From Podarcis melisellensis (Eukaryota), in assembly GCA_964234715.1 (NCBI GenBank), contig OZ174280.1: DNA of 64,000 bases; one strand, given 5' to 3'. The position numbers and the translations under genes are program-made. The notes beneath the pieces are model-generated. The model searched no databases and was not told the origin of the DNA. It saw only the letters and a list, made by a program, of their open reading frames with translations. Shown piece after piece: positions 1 through 14,862 of this stretch (position 1 is its first letter; each line of letters opens with the position of its first letter).

Positions 1-1925
1 AGCCTCTTGATTCTGGCCTCCACATGTTCAAGACACATTAGGAATTAGCCCATTTGCGTCAACTGGCTTGGGGTTGAGATTGCTGCTGCACAGAGCAGGA
101 GCAGGAGCTTTGCTGGCTCTTTATAGATGACGGTAATGAATGCGTACAAGCTCCAATGCTTGCAGTTTAAACTGGGGAAGGAGAATCTGCTGCTTTCAGC
201 TTCGGAAGGTTTCTGAGTAGCCTCTCTCTTAAATAAGCACTGGGAAATGAAGTGGTCCTTCGTCATGACAGCATAATAGAACCAGGGCTTTGCCTCAAAA
301 TCGGTGATTGTAAAAAGTTGCCTTATTTTGAGTCACACCACTGATCCATCTAGATTAATACTGTCTATAGCAGCTGGCAGCAGCTCTCTACAGAGTTTCA
401 CAGAAATGTCATTTCCAATCCTAACTGGAGAGCCAATGAGTGAAGCTAAGACTTTCCACTTGCAAAACTGATGCCCTACCACTGAGGTGTCCCCTCTCCC
501 CTCTGCCAAGGGACACCACTGGAATATGTGGAACAACCATAGCATACTGCAGATTATTTTTCAGTGTTCTTTATTATTTAAATTGTGTTTCTGGGTTGAA
601 TTCCACTTAACGCTGCTTATTGTGGCAATCTGCCCCATGACCTTCAGACACTGGGTGGGAGATAAATTTTTAAATGAATACATAAATTGCTAATTGAAGG
701 AATATTAAGAAAACAATTAAATGCATGTGTTGTAGATTAAAACAATTAAATGCATGTATTTACATATGAGGAGAGGGGAAAGCTATGGGGGAAGCCTATG
801 TTGTCATTACATGATGCAAGTGTTGCAAACAAGTATCAGGGTAGAAAGTGAATTCCTTATTCTAGTCTGCATAGAGGGAAATGCCCTTTTTAAAAAGATG
901 GCACTTGCCATCTGCAGCTTGTACAAGCTTACAGTTTGTTTCCAAGCCACTGCACAGAATTTTAAGTGGGAAAGTGGCATATGAACATTTGAAAGAAAAG
1001 CAATTTTAAAATGTTTTTAAATTTGCTGGCTGAGGGATCCAGGGCCTCTTTTTCTTCTTTCAGAATGGATTAATTCCTTAACCTAGCACTGATTTATCAC
1101 CTAGATGTGGCATCCCTGAATGGGTGCCTGCAGCCATGTGCTGAGTGCCTATCTCACATCTCAGGAGTAGCACATCTTGTCTTTTGGGATTAATTCATAA
1201 AAGGTTTTCAAGCCAGAGGTCATGTAGGTATAAAGCCTGGCCATTCCCCTGTTAGAAATTCAGCACTCAAAATAGCAAGCATTCTTCAAAAGTTCAGTTT
1301 AACTAGGCAAAAATGAGCTCTCCAGTGGTTTCCAAAATATAAAGGAAATTATTCCTTCCTAGATACCCCATGTAGATAATGTACTCCGTCTTGACAGGTT
1401 TCCTACATATAACATCATTCTTCATGCCCCTTTACAATTTTCAAGGGATGCCTGCAATAAGCTCAAGGGGACCTACATTTTGGGGCCCCTTCGCAACCAG
1501 CAACGAGGTCTGGGTAACCACTGTTATCTTCTTCAATAGGGTTATTCCATGACAGATCACCATATCTCTATACCATCTGTGCTACTGAATCTATAACTCT
1601 GGGATTGTTGTGATATATAGAATTTAAAAAAAACAACTAATTTGAGTCGTGCCACTCAAATAGGGTCTACCAGACCCTTAAAAAAAAAAGCAATGTGGAC
1701 TAAAGTTGTTTCTGGGGACTCTCTGGGATTAGGCACCCTGAAGCTGAAGCTTCATCCATTTCATAGCAGATTCACCCTGCATGGGGATGTGCAGATCTCT
1801 GAACAACTTAAAGATGTATGGTTCGGTTATTCATTGTCCTTGAACAAACACCCATTGTGAAAAGAAGAGGGGAGGACAGAGGGGCAAGAGGAGAAGCGGT
1901 ACAACAATATAGTCCTCATACCCTA

Positions 1926-2173
1926 TAAAGTGGTACCTTGGCTGTTGAACTTAATCTGTTCTGGGAGTCTGTTCAACTCCCGGAACGGTTCAAAAACCAA
2001 AGTGTGGTTTCCAGTTGGCTGCAGGAGCTTCCTGCACTCAATTAGAAGCCATGGAAGCCAGCAGGATGTTCCAAAAAACATTCACAAACCGGAACACTCA
2101 CTTCTGGGTTTGCAGCGTTCGGGAGCCAAAACGTCTGAGTACCAAGGCGTTTGACAACCAAAGTACGACTGTA
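1926..2173. mobile_element. Degenerate Tc1/mariner-type MITE
   Basis: agtggtaccttgg...ccaaagtacgactgta ends. Confidence 0.6.
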
Positions 2174-3444
2174 TACTAATAGCAAACTCGGTTCTCTGAG
2201 TGTGGATCCTTGTATAGCCCAAACAGCACCATCTGCGCACAAGAAGAAGGAATCAGCAGGCTTGGGGGGAAACCCAGTTCTGTGAAAGTACAATTATAAA
2301 TATTGGGGGATTGGGGGGGAGGGGGAGAGGAGATGACTGAGGGGTGTGGAATAGCCTAATGAGAACAAAGCCTGCTTAGTGGCTAAGGAATGCTGCCTAG
2401 GGGCCTAGGGGCACGGGCAGGATGCAAAAGTAGCAGGGAGGCAGAATGGAATGGCATATCCTGGAAGGGGGCATGGATGGGACCCTGTACATTTCATAGA
2501 CCTCTTCACTGGAGTGTCATGGTCCCAGAGAAAGCAAAAGACACCCTGTAGGCAGAGAAAGAGAGTGACAGAGGAACTGGTGGGAAGTAGAATGTTGCGG
2601 TAGGAGAAATACCTGTCACAATACAGATCTAAATTTAGTCAGAATAACAGTACCTAGGACTGCTCTTTTGTAAGTGATTAGGAAGTGGAAGCAGCCGTCT
2701 CTTGCAGTACATCCTCTGAGAGCATGGAGATGGGGAGGTACAAACAGCACACAATGTTTTGTGCATATTTGAGAGCTGGGTGTTTTTTTTTACCCCCACT
2801 CCCTGCTGTCAATGGCACCAAGAGCCGTGGGAATAATGTGCTTTACCTTCTGAAATATCACACCTTGGGCACTAGGGGGGCTTCGCTTCCCTTAACGATG
2901 CCTCAACCCGGGCCTGAAGCAATTTCCCTGAAGTGATTAAATTAACCTAGATTAATCTCAGGCAACAAAAGGTACTCTGAAAGGTAATTGAAGGTGCCTG
3001 AAGAATATGGAGGTGGTGTGGTGAGATGGCTGGCTCCGGAGGGAGTCGCCGAAGGAAATCCAAGGAAGAAGAGAGCTTGGAATTGTATTTGTGCAATGAA
3101 GATCATTCCTAATGAGTTTCTCAAGCTGGCAGGCTGCTGATTTCCTAGAATGGAACGCTAACATGTCTGAGTGACTTTTCACTGCCCTTGCCTGATGTGA
3201 AGAAAGGGCTGCACAAATGAGAATAAAAAGCATCTCTTCTGGATAAGTTATCTGATGCTGACACTGTAAGAGAGGCAATCTTCACAATCAGATTGGGCAA
3301 GGAAATTGATTTGGTCAGGTCCAGCATGATTTATCTCCTGTGTATGAACACGGAGGCTAGGTTGCTTGTGAGGACAAGCCAGTATATAATGCCTTGCTTG
3401 TAGGATTTACAGTGTCTGCTAATTTGCTACTGGTGCAAGTTAAA

Positions 3445-3614
3445 NNNNNNNNNNNNNNNNNNNNNNNNNNNNNNNNNNNNNNNNNNNNNNNNNNNNNNNN
3501 NNNNNNNNNNNNNNNNNNNNNNNNNNNNNNNNNNNNNNNNNNNNNNNNNNNNNNNNNNNNNNNNNNNNNNNNNNNNNNNNNNNNNNNNNNNNNNNNNNNN
3601 NNNNNNNNNNNNNN
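3445..3614. other. Assembly gap
   Basis: N run. Confidence 1.
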
Positions 3615-6393
3615 GGTTGATGGTATCAAAAGCATGTACCGTATTTTATGTACCGGTATTTGTGCTTTTAACTGTTTTTAATTATCTTAAATCACCTTGA
3701 AATGGTAGCTTCGAAGGTAATTAGTTAATTGAAATACCCATAATAAAAGGAGAGGGTATCCATTCTGCTGCTGGGAGGTGGAGATGGTTGGATTTTGTCC
3801 TATATACTTAGTACTCATTCACACCAGGGTTTTGGTGTGTGTTTGTGGCTTTTAGACTGTGATCACAAAAGCTCATAACACATACCTGCGGTTACACTCG
3901 GGGCTGCTTCTTGTGTTTGTTTACTTAAATATTTATATCCCATCTTTCGGCCTTGAAGTTTACAAGGTAGAGAAGAACAAGAGTTTTAAAAACCCCATCA
4001 ATTAAGGGTTTAGAACATTCCTCAGTGTGGATTGCCTGCAGCCACCATGCTAGCAGTAAGCCAGGCCGGGCACTTCACTGGCTGAGGTGTCCAAGGGGCT
4101 CAGAAGGACTCCTTTAGTGGCCTGACTCAGCTGTGCCACTGTTCCCTGCCAGCCCCATGAAGTCTAGATCCAAAGCAGGGGTATTGCGTTTCAGGGAAAG
4201 CAAGATGGCAGGTAGCCACAGTGGATGGGAGGTTAGCTTTTAACAGGAGCCCTCCATTAAAATACCTCCCAGCTTCCATGGCAGCAGCAGCAGAGGTGGT
4301 GGTGAGTGGGAAAGCTCTGTTGGCACGTTGGCGTGTGTGTGCATTAGCAGGTTGGGGCATCATACTGAAGGCCTCCTGAAGGCTGGTGCTGACCCGCTTC
4401 TCAAGGAAAGTACCAACACTGTATTCTTTGAGTGCATTGGTTTCATTCCTCCTTGATTTATTGCGTTGCTGGTTACGCTGCAGATTTTTAAAAAAGTTTT
4501 CCATGCTGCCCTGAAATCCATGTTTGAACAAAGGGCAGTTTGCACATTTTAAAATGAACTAAATAAAAATGAGAAACAATTAATACAAAAAGCAATAGAA
4601 TGGTATTGTGCAGGGAACAGCAAAACCATTGTATGCAGGCAACACATCAATAAAACAAGGGTGGCAGCGGGGGAATAGCAATAAGAACACAGGTACAACA
4701 ATCTCTCTCCTTCCCCCTTCAGGTTTTGTAGAAATGAAATGCCTCTAGCAAGCCAATCTGGGCCTGGAAGAACGTTTAAATATTTTGTTTTGCTGTATTT
4801 GTTTTACTGAATTTCTCAGATTTCACACAAGTACCATATATCAGATGCTTTTCGCAGTGCAGTTGCCTTACACCATGTACAACAAATAGGGCCACAGGAG
4901 AAGTGTACCCACCAGTTTATATTCCTTTAATAAAAGATTATTTGAGCAATTGAGGCTGATTGATCCTTCGTGGCTTATAAGCAGATCTCATTAAAACAGG
5001 CTGTAATCCAGAGGCGATTTTCGGGTCGCGCGAATGGCTCGGCCACAATGCAGGATGAGCCACAACAATGCTCTAGAACTGAGCATGAGAGATGAAGGAG
5101 CAAATTGTAGCATCACAGAGGGTGCCTCCAAAATTTGAAAGCCCAAACTTTGCCACTGCTGCAATCCTATGCATATTTACCTGGGAGTAGGCACAAATGA
5201 GCACAACGGGACTTACTCCTGAGTCAACATGCACGGGATTGAACTGTTAGTGTGACTAATTTCATAGCCTCCCACACTCCTGGCTAGTCTCTAGCTATGG
5301 CATCGTCTTTCCAGTGCTTATGAAACACCAGGTGAGCTTTCATTAAAAGACTGAATACGATGTCTTGAAACTCTGCTAGTATAAGACATGTAATGTAATT
5401 TAAAACTTGGATCCATAGATATTATAATACCCACCATTTTGTTGATTGTTCTTACCACAGTAGACCATGAATAGTCAAATGCTGTGATGTTGAAATCCTG
5501 GAACCTTTTTATGTCACAAATGTTCTGGTATCTTTTTGGTTCTGCTTGCGTTGAGCTTCCAGAGGGCATAATACATGTCCTGCTCACCTTTCAACTGGCA
5601 TCTGGGTGGCCACTGTGAGAAGAGGATGCTAGACTAGATAGGACTTCCCCCCTGAGCTAGTATGACTCTTCTGATGTACTTATGTCCTGTGCTAGGAATG
5701 GTATCTTCTAAAAAACAAACTGTAAATCACTTTTTACATTGAACATGTTACAGAATTAGTATTAGTACTGAGAACAAAGTCAAAATGAAGTGAAAACCAT
5801 ATTTCTGTTTAGATTCTGTTCTGTTTTAAAGTCCTGGGCAAAGATCTCTGCCTGGTTTTTCTCAAGGTTTGCCTGTGCATTGAATTATTCAGCATTTTAA
5901 TTATTAATTGGTTAATGTTTGTTACAAATTCAGAAGATGAAAAGGGCCAGATAAGTGCCGAGTGCAGTTGGCTCCCTTAGGGAAGTGGGTCTTATCAGGA
6001 GTGTTCAGTTTTTATATGTGGGGATTGTTCCGGTGTTTTACTATTAACTGGATGACAGCCATCAGACACAATTTTAAGAGGAAGCCAAAAGTCTAAGGTT
6101 AAATAATAATGTGCAATGTTTTCAACAGGCATAGGATAGTCTAGGCAAAGAATGGCTCCAGCAGTGCAGATGGTGGGGAAAGTAAATAACTTGCTCCAGT
6201 AAATAGTAATAAATTATCCCTTCCTTTCCCTGCACATGCTGTGTCCTCCCCAAATCAGCACCAGAGGGTTTGGGGAACCTCAAAGAACAGATTTAGAGGA
6301 GGAAGATGGGGGGGGGGAGTTCTGTTGTGCAGGAAGAAATCCTTGCACTCATTCTGATTTGTTTGCAGGGAGATTGGGTGACATTGGCTATTA

Positions 6394-6948
6394 CATACCT
6401 TCCAAGTGTCCCTATTTTCCGGGGACAGTCCTGGAATTACAAAAGTCACCCCAGCTTCTGATTTGATCCTGGAATGTCCCTATTTCCTTCGCCAGTGCTG
6501 CCACCACTAAGCTTGGGGAGGAGGAGGAGCCAGCACTTGCCCTCAGTGATGGCAGCTGCAACAGCTGTGAGGGAGCATACCGTTGCCTCTCCACGGTCTC
6601 TCCATGACCACCATTGCCAGCCCCCCTCCCTCTCTTGGGCAGCTCAGAGCAGCTGCTGGGGAGCAGGTGAGGTGGGGGAGAGGCTGTTGCAGCCAAGGCC
6701 CAGACCCACATGACTCTGAGGGGCAGGTAGAGGACAGGGCTGCCCTGGGTAGGAGGAAAGGGAGAGCAGAGCAGAGTGCAGGGAGTCTTGATTTTTTTTT
6801 TTTAAATGCTTCATGCATCCACATCTATTCTTGCCACTTTCTATAATTTATTTATTGGTGTGTGGTTTTTTTTAATCTACCAAATAATAAAATAAAATAA
6901 TAAAATAAAATAGTCCCTATTTGCATCTGAGGAATTTTGGAGGCTATG
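6394..6948. mobile_element. Probable hAT non-autonomous element, GC-rich body
   Basis: cataccttccaa ... ttggaggctatg imperfect TIRs; partial TSD. Confidence 0.5.
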
Positions 6949-6966
6949 CTATTTAATAAGCACTTA

Positions 6967-7199
6967 CAGTTGTACCTTGGGTTAAGTACTTAATTAGTTC
7001 TGGAGGTCCGTTCTTAACCTGAAATTGTTCTTAACCTGAAGCACCACTGGGGCCTCTTGTTGCCGCCGCGCCACCGGAGCAAAATTTCTGTTCTCATCCT
7101 GAAGCAAAGTTCTTAACCCGAGGTACTATTTCTGGGTTAGCGGAGTCTGTAACCTGAAGCGTATGTAACCTGAAGCATATGTAACCTGAGGTACCACTG
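6967..7199. mobile_element. Tc1/mariner-type MITE
   Basis: TA TSD, TIR CAGT(G/T)GTACCT; inverted copy at 27779-28009. Confidence 0.85.
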
Positions 7200-8188
7200 T
7201 ACTCTTATTGGTTTGAAGGGAGGCTACACATCTGGGAGGCTAGATTTCCCTGAGAAGATGGATTGACCATTACACCACTCTGGAAACTGTAGCTCTGTGA
7301 GAGGATGGGGCTGTTAACAACTCTGTGCACCCTTAACAAACTACAGTTCCCAGGATTCTTGGGGGGGGGAGCCACAACTGCTTGAAATGTTATGACATTG
7401 CTTAAAATGTATGCTGCAGATTATTTCCAGTGGCTTTTCTTCCCAGGTGGAAGTGCTCAGAATTGCATCCTTCATCTGTGCTCAGTGTCTTTTCAGCATA
7501 TATCACATAAGGGCTGCATGGAGTGGTTTTTATCATTATTGTTATTACTACTATGCCACTGGCTGTGCAATAAAATTCCTCCATAATGTACCTTTTCGCC
7601 CTTTTCCTTAAAAAAAAAAAAAGCTGGCTTAAGTGAGGCATCTATTTTCATTAAAAAGAAAAGGTGGCACAATGTCATTACTGAGACAGAAGGTTGAAAG
7701 CTGCGCTGTGAAAAATGAAAAATGTATGGGTGCCAGAAGCTCAGATGGGAGAGAAAAGATCGGTCACATTGCATTGGCATATGAGAGCGCTGGAAGTCTT
7801 ACCCTTTACAAAGCGGTCCTGTTGTGGTGAAGGTGGTGGAGATTCCTTTGAAGGAGTTACACAATGTCCTAAACCTTGCTGGATTGCTGTGTGACCAAAG
7901 TGGATGGTGGGTGGCTTTTCCCCACTTCCTCCATTTTTACCTCTGTCCTATTGCAGTCAACGACTTGCTTAGTGCAAATGCCTGAATGTGCGAGCTGCCA
8001 GAGAGGAGAGTGTGGCCTCTTTGGTCCTCCTCTGCTGCCCTGTTGTGAGCTGAGACATGGCTTCACTTAGAGTGCTGTCTGAAAATATGGTTCCTCTTTC
8101 ATCCGATTCCAGCACCTGTTTCTCATCTAAGGTTTAGACCCATCATCTCATCTGAGTTTCTTTTCTTTTTTCCCTCATTCTCTTACAG

Positions 8189-8214
8189 CAATTTAGAGAC
8201 GGAGAAGTTCTGCG
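8189..8214 (+). CDS. NECAB3: NECAB3 26-nt micro-exon (NLETEKFC)
   Basis: ctcttacag|C AAT TTA GAG ACG GAG AAG TTC TGC G|gtaagt. Confidence 0.92.
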
Positions 8215-11200
8215 GTAAGTAGGCTATTTACTTCCTTGCTATGAAAAATGTACTTCTAGGCATGTTATTCAGTAAGTGCCCACAAAGCATGTGGCTTTTG
8301 CTCCTCTGTTGAAGTTTATTTCCCCCCCCCCCCAGATGGGGCACTAGACAAAAAGGAGGTTTCCTGGTGATAGAATACTCCGTACTTCAGGGAAGAGAAG
8401 AGATACTTTGGGGGAGAGATGTAGCTCAGCAGTGGAGCATCTTCCTTGCATGATGAGGGACCCGGGTTCAATCCGCAGCATCTCCAGATATACCTGAGAG
8501 ACAGCTTGCCTGAATGTGTGGGAAGCTGCTGCCAGTCCATGTAGACAATACTGAGCTAGATGGAACCATAGTCTGACTCAGTAGAAGGCAGCTTCCTGTG
8601 TTCCTATGTACTCTATGATACTACTGGCCACTCCCCCCAGCGATGACAACACAGATGTAAATATTAGTAGAGGCAACATTTCTTTGAAAAGCAGGCGTGG
8701 GACAAAACTGGCATGCCATTTTGAAATCTTCACAAGCTGTTTCTCCTACTGTAGAGTATTTCTCGGACTACCTTGGAGAATACAGGCATGTCCTGTCTGC
8801 CTTGGAGCAACTCAACACTGCTGTCCTGTCAGCCATGGATAAAACCAAACTGGTAGGTGTGCATTCATTCTGATATGGGCATGAATGGAGCCAGTAATAT
8901 ATGTTTTGACACTGACAGCCTTAATTAGCCTTCAATCACTCTTTGCATCCAATTCTTTATAATGGAACATTCATTCATGTGTGAATATCCCAGGATCAAT
9001 AAATAGGCAATAATTAGGCATCCAGTCAATGAGGTACATAGTTCAATTGTATTCCTGCGTGTATGGCTCTCATGGTTCTCAAGAGAAAAGCTGAAATTTG
9101 TATTTCATAAACAAAAATATAGATATAATGAACTCATTTTATTTTTCTCCAAACTCCAAATACAGTAAGGCTTTTAGAGACAGTCCACTTGGGTCACCGT
9201 TCTTTCCAGTGCCTCTGTTGTCCGAGGACTTGTGAATGACTTTGCCTCATACCCAGTAGAAAAGCTTTCTAGGCTTGATAGAGTGATAGTGTGTTTGTGA
9301 ATAGAGCTGCCAGTTTACAACCTGAATGTTTTCTACACACCTTTAAAAGTTCCGCATCTGTAGCTGCAATCCTAAACACACTTACTAGGGCATAAGTTCC
9401 ACTGAATAAAGTGGAACTTGCATCTGATGTATATAGGAATGCACTGTAGGAGAACAGGTGCAGTCATACCTTCTCCTGCTCTGTTCCTCCATCATTCCTG
9501 TCTCCCACCCACTCCCACTCCCAATTTAGGCTCTTTCATTTCCAGCAGATCTTGGAATGTTCAAAGGTATGAGTGCAACATCTCTAAAGAGCATCATTTG
9601 TGGAACCTCCAGGGGTCCAAGTTCCCTTTTTGGGTGTTGACAATTTCATTAGTTTTATATTGATTCCAGTACAGAATAAATGGTGTCCAATTCTATTCAA
9701 TCTTCTTATTTTCATCATCACCAATATATTTCATGTCTTCTTTAGCCATTGTTGGGTTGTATCAAACTCAGTTTTAGTCACAGTAAACCTACTGAAATTA
9801 GTGGACCTAAGTTAGTCATGTTCATTAATTTCATTAGGTCTACTCTGAGACCCAAATGCAACATTGTCAACATCTGTGATACCAAGACATCAGATATTTT
9901 CTCATCCTATGTTTCGCGTACCCTAGAAGCATTGTAACTGTATTTATATGATAGTATCACTAATTTTTCCCCAGTGGTTGATATTATTATGAATAACAAT
10001 TTTGATTGTACTCAGCAATGAATTCAGAAGTTGTTGCCTCCTAGGATATGGCTGTAGTTAGACTCCACAAATCCAAAGTGATTTGCGGGGGGGGGGGGGG
10101 GGGGGTGGAGTGTCACTAATTCCATAAGGATAAAAAAAATCTGTTTGAGTTGAGAATCTGTTTTTCAAGGATAATCTGTGAGTGCAAGATGGGCATCTAT
10201 TTAACAGAATATGCTCCTAGCAGAGAATTAATTGCTAAGCTTATCTGTACAGCATTTGTTTCTTTTTGCAAGCTCCATTTCTGTAGCTAAAAGGCAGAAA
10301 GTCTTAGCAAAACCTAACATTGTGAACCCTCTTAAAACCTTCTGCCAGTGTTTTATGTTTGCAGTTGAGTGCCCTCCATGTTAAACCCGATGTGTGTGAG
10401 AAAATCTTAGAGAATAATGAACGAGAAAACTTCCTGGGAATAGTTTTTTTTTTTGTCTTAAATGTGCAAAACAATTTCATTTTTGTGCCTAAATGATTTC
10501 TCTCATTTAGGATGAGGGGAAATCGTAGAGATTTGGCCTTTCAGGTGAAATGTCAGGTGCACCTGCGCCTATGCATGCATGTGAAAATATTTCTGGGTCT
10601 TTCAAGGTCAATATTTAATGGTTGAAGAAGATTCATATGGTACTCCTTACCCTCAAGCATTATGTCAGCTGTAAAAAAGAAAAGAAAAGAAAAAGACTGT
10701 GATTGGGTGTGCACACACCTGTTTACTCTGCACCCAGTGTGCTGCCATCATGGGTTTACCAAGAAGTGTAGACAAGACATTAGCCACAATCCATATCTGC
10801 CCTGAAATAATGTGCATTGATGCATTTTTTTCCCAAACCAGCTTTGCTCTGAATTGTGATAATGAACAAAATAACTGTGTTTCAAGCCAGTAATGTCAAC
10901 AGAGCCTGAAACAGCAAATATTTTTTACCATTTCTTTTTTTTTCTGGGTGAAAATGAGGTTTTAAGTAGACCTGAAATATTTCCTAAAACTAGGGTGAAT
11001 TTAACTGAGGACCGTGTTCTTTGTGAAGGGCAGAGGTGTTGCCAACTGTTCTTTTCCTCACAGGGCTTCTGCACTATTGTTTGCAATGCAGAAGTTCAGT
11101 TCATTGGACTTTTCATATCACCTCATCCCTATTCTAGAACAACACTTTACCTGCTAAATTGTTGCCTGTTAAAAGTCTGGGACGGAGGGAGGGATTACAG

Positions 11201-13152
11201 GAAGAGAACTGGCAGACTTGACCCTCCAGAGAGACCAGAGAGGCTGGAAAATTTCCTTCCACGATCTTCCTTCAGTTAACGTATGAGCCACATCAATATA
11301 TGTGCTTGGCTATGCACTCTTTAAGGAGCTGCATGTCAAAAATTTAAATCATCTCAGAAAATTAAAAGAAAGTTCCTTAGTTGCTATAAAAAAGCCCAAA
11401 TGTTTAGACCAGAAGGTTGCCAATTAAATGAAAGATTCAAAACAGGGTTGCTGACTTTTCTTCTAGAAGAGGTTGTTTAACAGCAGGATGACGGGCAAAA
11501 ATTCAACAGGTGCAGCCCTCCCAGTATGGAGGTGCTTTATCTGGGAAAGTATTAATAGGCTAAGGTAGCATCAGCTTCTGCTTGCCTCAGCAGGAGTCTC
11601 AGTAGGCAGAGGAAGAGGAGAAAACGCATCTCATTATGCCAGGCTGTATGGTTGCAAAGGTTGCTCAATGTGAAAAGCTCCCAGTGCTGATGGAGAAGGA
11701 AGGAGAGACATTTGGATCCTGGAAGGATTCCATCCTGGAGAGAAAATGGCAGGGGCTCAACAATGCAGCAGCAGATCAATAATGTATGCTGCTAAAGGTC
11801 CCAAATGGGGAGGCATTATATTAGGCTGTCACACAGGCGTCTTCCTTCAGGTGGTCCTAGAGTCCTCTAAAGTGATGCATCTCAGATGGATTTTACCTGA
11901 GTTCCCTTCTATTTGTCAAAAGGGAGTTAATCCAAACCTTATTCAATATCCTGTGCATTCAAGGAAGGGCTTTAGCGCAGTGGGTGAGCACCTGCCTTGC
12001 ATCCAGAAAGTCCCAGGTTCAGTCCCTGGTGTCACCAGGTACAGCTGGGAAAGTATCACAGCCTGAAATCCCAGAAAGCCACTGCCAGGTGTGTAAACAA
12101 TACAGAGATAGATGGACTATTGGTCTGGCTCTGTCTATCCCATTTCCCTTTCAATGTCTCTCTCAGATATTTACATTGTTCAAGTTTCTTCACATATTGA
12201 TGCGGCCACTTATGGATTATTCACTATAGCGGGGCTGTAGAAAGGTACGTCACATTTAGCCACATTTAGAGGGGAGATGAGCCGTAGGGTAAGTTGCATC
12301 TCATGCTGCTCAAGTGATGTCAGAAGAACCCTGAAGATATGCTGCCTTGTTTGGAGAACCATCAAGGCTACTCTGAACTTCCACACCTCTCAGGGAAGGT
12401 TGAGCAAAACCATGCTAAGACCTAACTGTTCTTTATTGATTTACATGGGGCTGCTTGTCTTCCCGCAATCCATTATGTAATACAGTGCTGAGACAGCATT
12501 GATTGCAAAGCAGGAGGTTATATTTATTACTATGTTCCCAGGATTCAGAGCAACCTGGTGACTTCTAGATGTTTTGGACTACAACTCCCATGAGTCCCTG
12601 CTAGCCGTCTGGTTGGCAAATGCTGATTTGGAGCAATACCATCCAGACAAGCTTTGTTAGGGGGAAATGGAAGGTCTAACTTGATGTGAGCCATCACTGG
12701 ATCTCCCAGTATCTTTTTTTTTTCTTTTTCTTTTTTGGGAAGGTCGATCAAAACACCTAACAGAGTGTCTAAAGTGGGAGACAGCCATTTCTCTGATCAA
12801 AATGACATGACGCTAATAACCTTGCTGGAGATGGGAAAGAAAAGATATGAGGATCCTGTTTTTCTTCTCCTGCGGGTGTTTTGATTGGGGGAAATGGTGC
12901 AAGGAAAAGGGTTAGACCCCAAAGCATCAGGACTCAAATCTCATCTGCCCACCCCCATGTCCGCTTTTAAACTTTCAAAAAGTTATTGGGAGATCTGAAT
13001 TTCCATTTGGCCCCAAACTACTTGCCTGTTTATTGAATTTTTGCCCAATCCAGCAAGTAGAGATAAATAATTCTGTGCCAATCACCCTTCCCAAAGACTT
13101 GAACAAATGAATGTTGTATTTAGCTGTTGGTGAAAATATGCCAGTATGGGGA

Positions 13153-13197
<45 letters not shown>

Positions 13198-14808
13198 TAT
13201 ACCCCGCCCATCTGGCTGGGCCTCCCCAGCCACTCTGGGCAGCTTCCATAAAAACCAAAAATACAGTAAAATCACACGTTAAAAACTTCCCTGAACAGGG
13301 CTGCCTTAAGATGTCTTCTGAATGTCAGGTAGTTGTTTATCGCTTTGACATCTGCTGGAAGGGCTTTCCACAGGGTGGGTGCCACTACCAAGAAGGCCCT
13401 CTGCCTGGTTCCCTGTAGCTTTGCTTCTCGCAATGAGGGAACCGCCAGAAGGCCCTCGCCGCTGGACCTCAGCGTCCGGGCAGAATGATGGGGGTGGAGA
13501 TGCTCCTTCAGGTATACTGGACCGAGGCCGTTTAGGGCTTTAAACGTCAGCACCAACACTTTGAATTGTGCTCGGAAACATACTGGGAGCCAATGTAGGT
13601 CTTTCAAGACCGGTGTTATATGGTCTCGGCGGCCGCTCCCAGTCACCAGTCTAGCTGCCGCATTCTGGATTAGTTGTAGTTTCCGAGTCACCTTCAAAGG
13701 TAGCCCCACGTAGAGTGCATTGCAGTAGTCCAAGCGGGAGATAACTAGAGCATGCACGACTCTGGCAAGACAGTCCGTGGGCAGATAGGGTCTCAGCCTA
13801 CGTACCAGATGGAGCTGGTAAACAGCTGCCCTGGACACAGATTTGACCTGTGCCTCCATGGACAGCTGTGAGTCCAAAAGAAGAGACACAATCCCATGAG
13901 AAGAAACTTCCACAATCGGAGGGGGAGGGGAGCTACCACATAGAAGGCCCTGAAGCCATGTACAACCAAATCTCCATGGGAGGACAAAAAAAAAATCACA
14001 CATGGAAATGGCTCTTAATGTCTTCTCTTTGGGGTCTTCAACATTGAACAATCCTTTGTCTCTGCTCTCATGATTACAGTTCTTCTCCATGGGAACTGAA
14101 AGCATTCAAACTTAATAATACAAGTAGTATCACTGGATTCTATTTTGGACACAAATGTATTGGAGAGATAATTCAAAGTGCTCAGCAGGAGGGGAGCATG
14201 ATAGATTTCTGCTGTTTCCTGTGATTCAATTCCCCTATAGTAATAGGCATGGCCCACAGGTCACATCTAAGCAGGGAGCCTGGTATTTGAATGGGATACC
14301 CACTTCTCTGACTTGATTAAGGCATATGTGCACAAAGTGGGCCTATCTCTAATCTGACTTGATGACGACAGACGTTTTGGATAGACTTGAAAATAGAAGT
14401 GGGGCTGAGAGACAGAAATGACTGTAGACTAATAAGGTAGAAAAGCTGAAGTGTAATAGGACCAAACTAGATGGAATGGGCACAGAAGCCAGCTTCTTTT
14501 CAGTTGCCCAACCCATTCACATATAAAATAGATGACAGCCAGTCATCCTGGGCTTGGGGCCTGCTGGGGAAATGGTAGCAATTGGGCGAGCAAGGCAAAT
14601 CAGGACCTTGGTCAGTTCCCAGTGGGCCCTGATGGCTGAGCTTTGGAAGAAGACAGTTGAGGTGACGCTGGGACCCAGATGTAAATGACAGGATACTTTT
14701 TGAAATAGCTATCTTCTGCAAACAGAATTTTGTGTGTGAAATATCACATTCATTATATAATTTCTGGAGAATGCTGAAGGAAAAGCCCTTGCTTTTGACA
14801 CTTGAGGT

Positions 14809-14862
<54 letters not shown>

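Noticed and set aside
3357-3681. ORFs spanning N runs (also 41661-42007)
   Set aside because: Gap artefacts
13272-14105. 277-aa ORF as a host gene
   Set aside because: L2 LINE RT fragment fused by chance to flanking sequence
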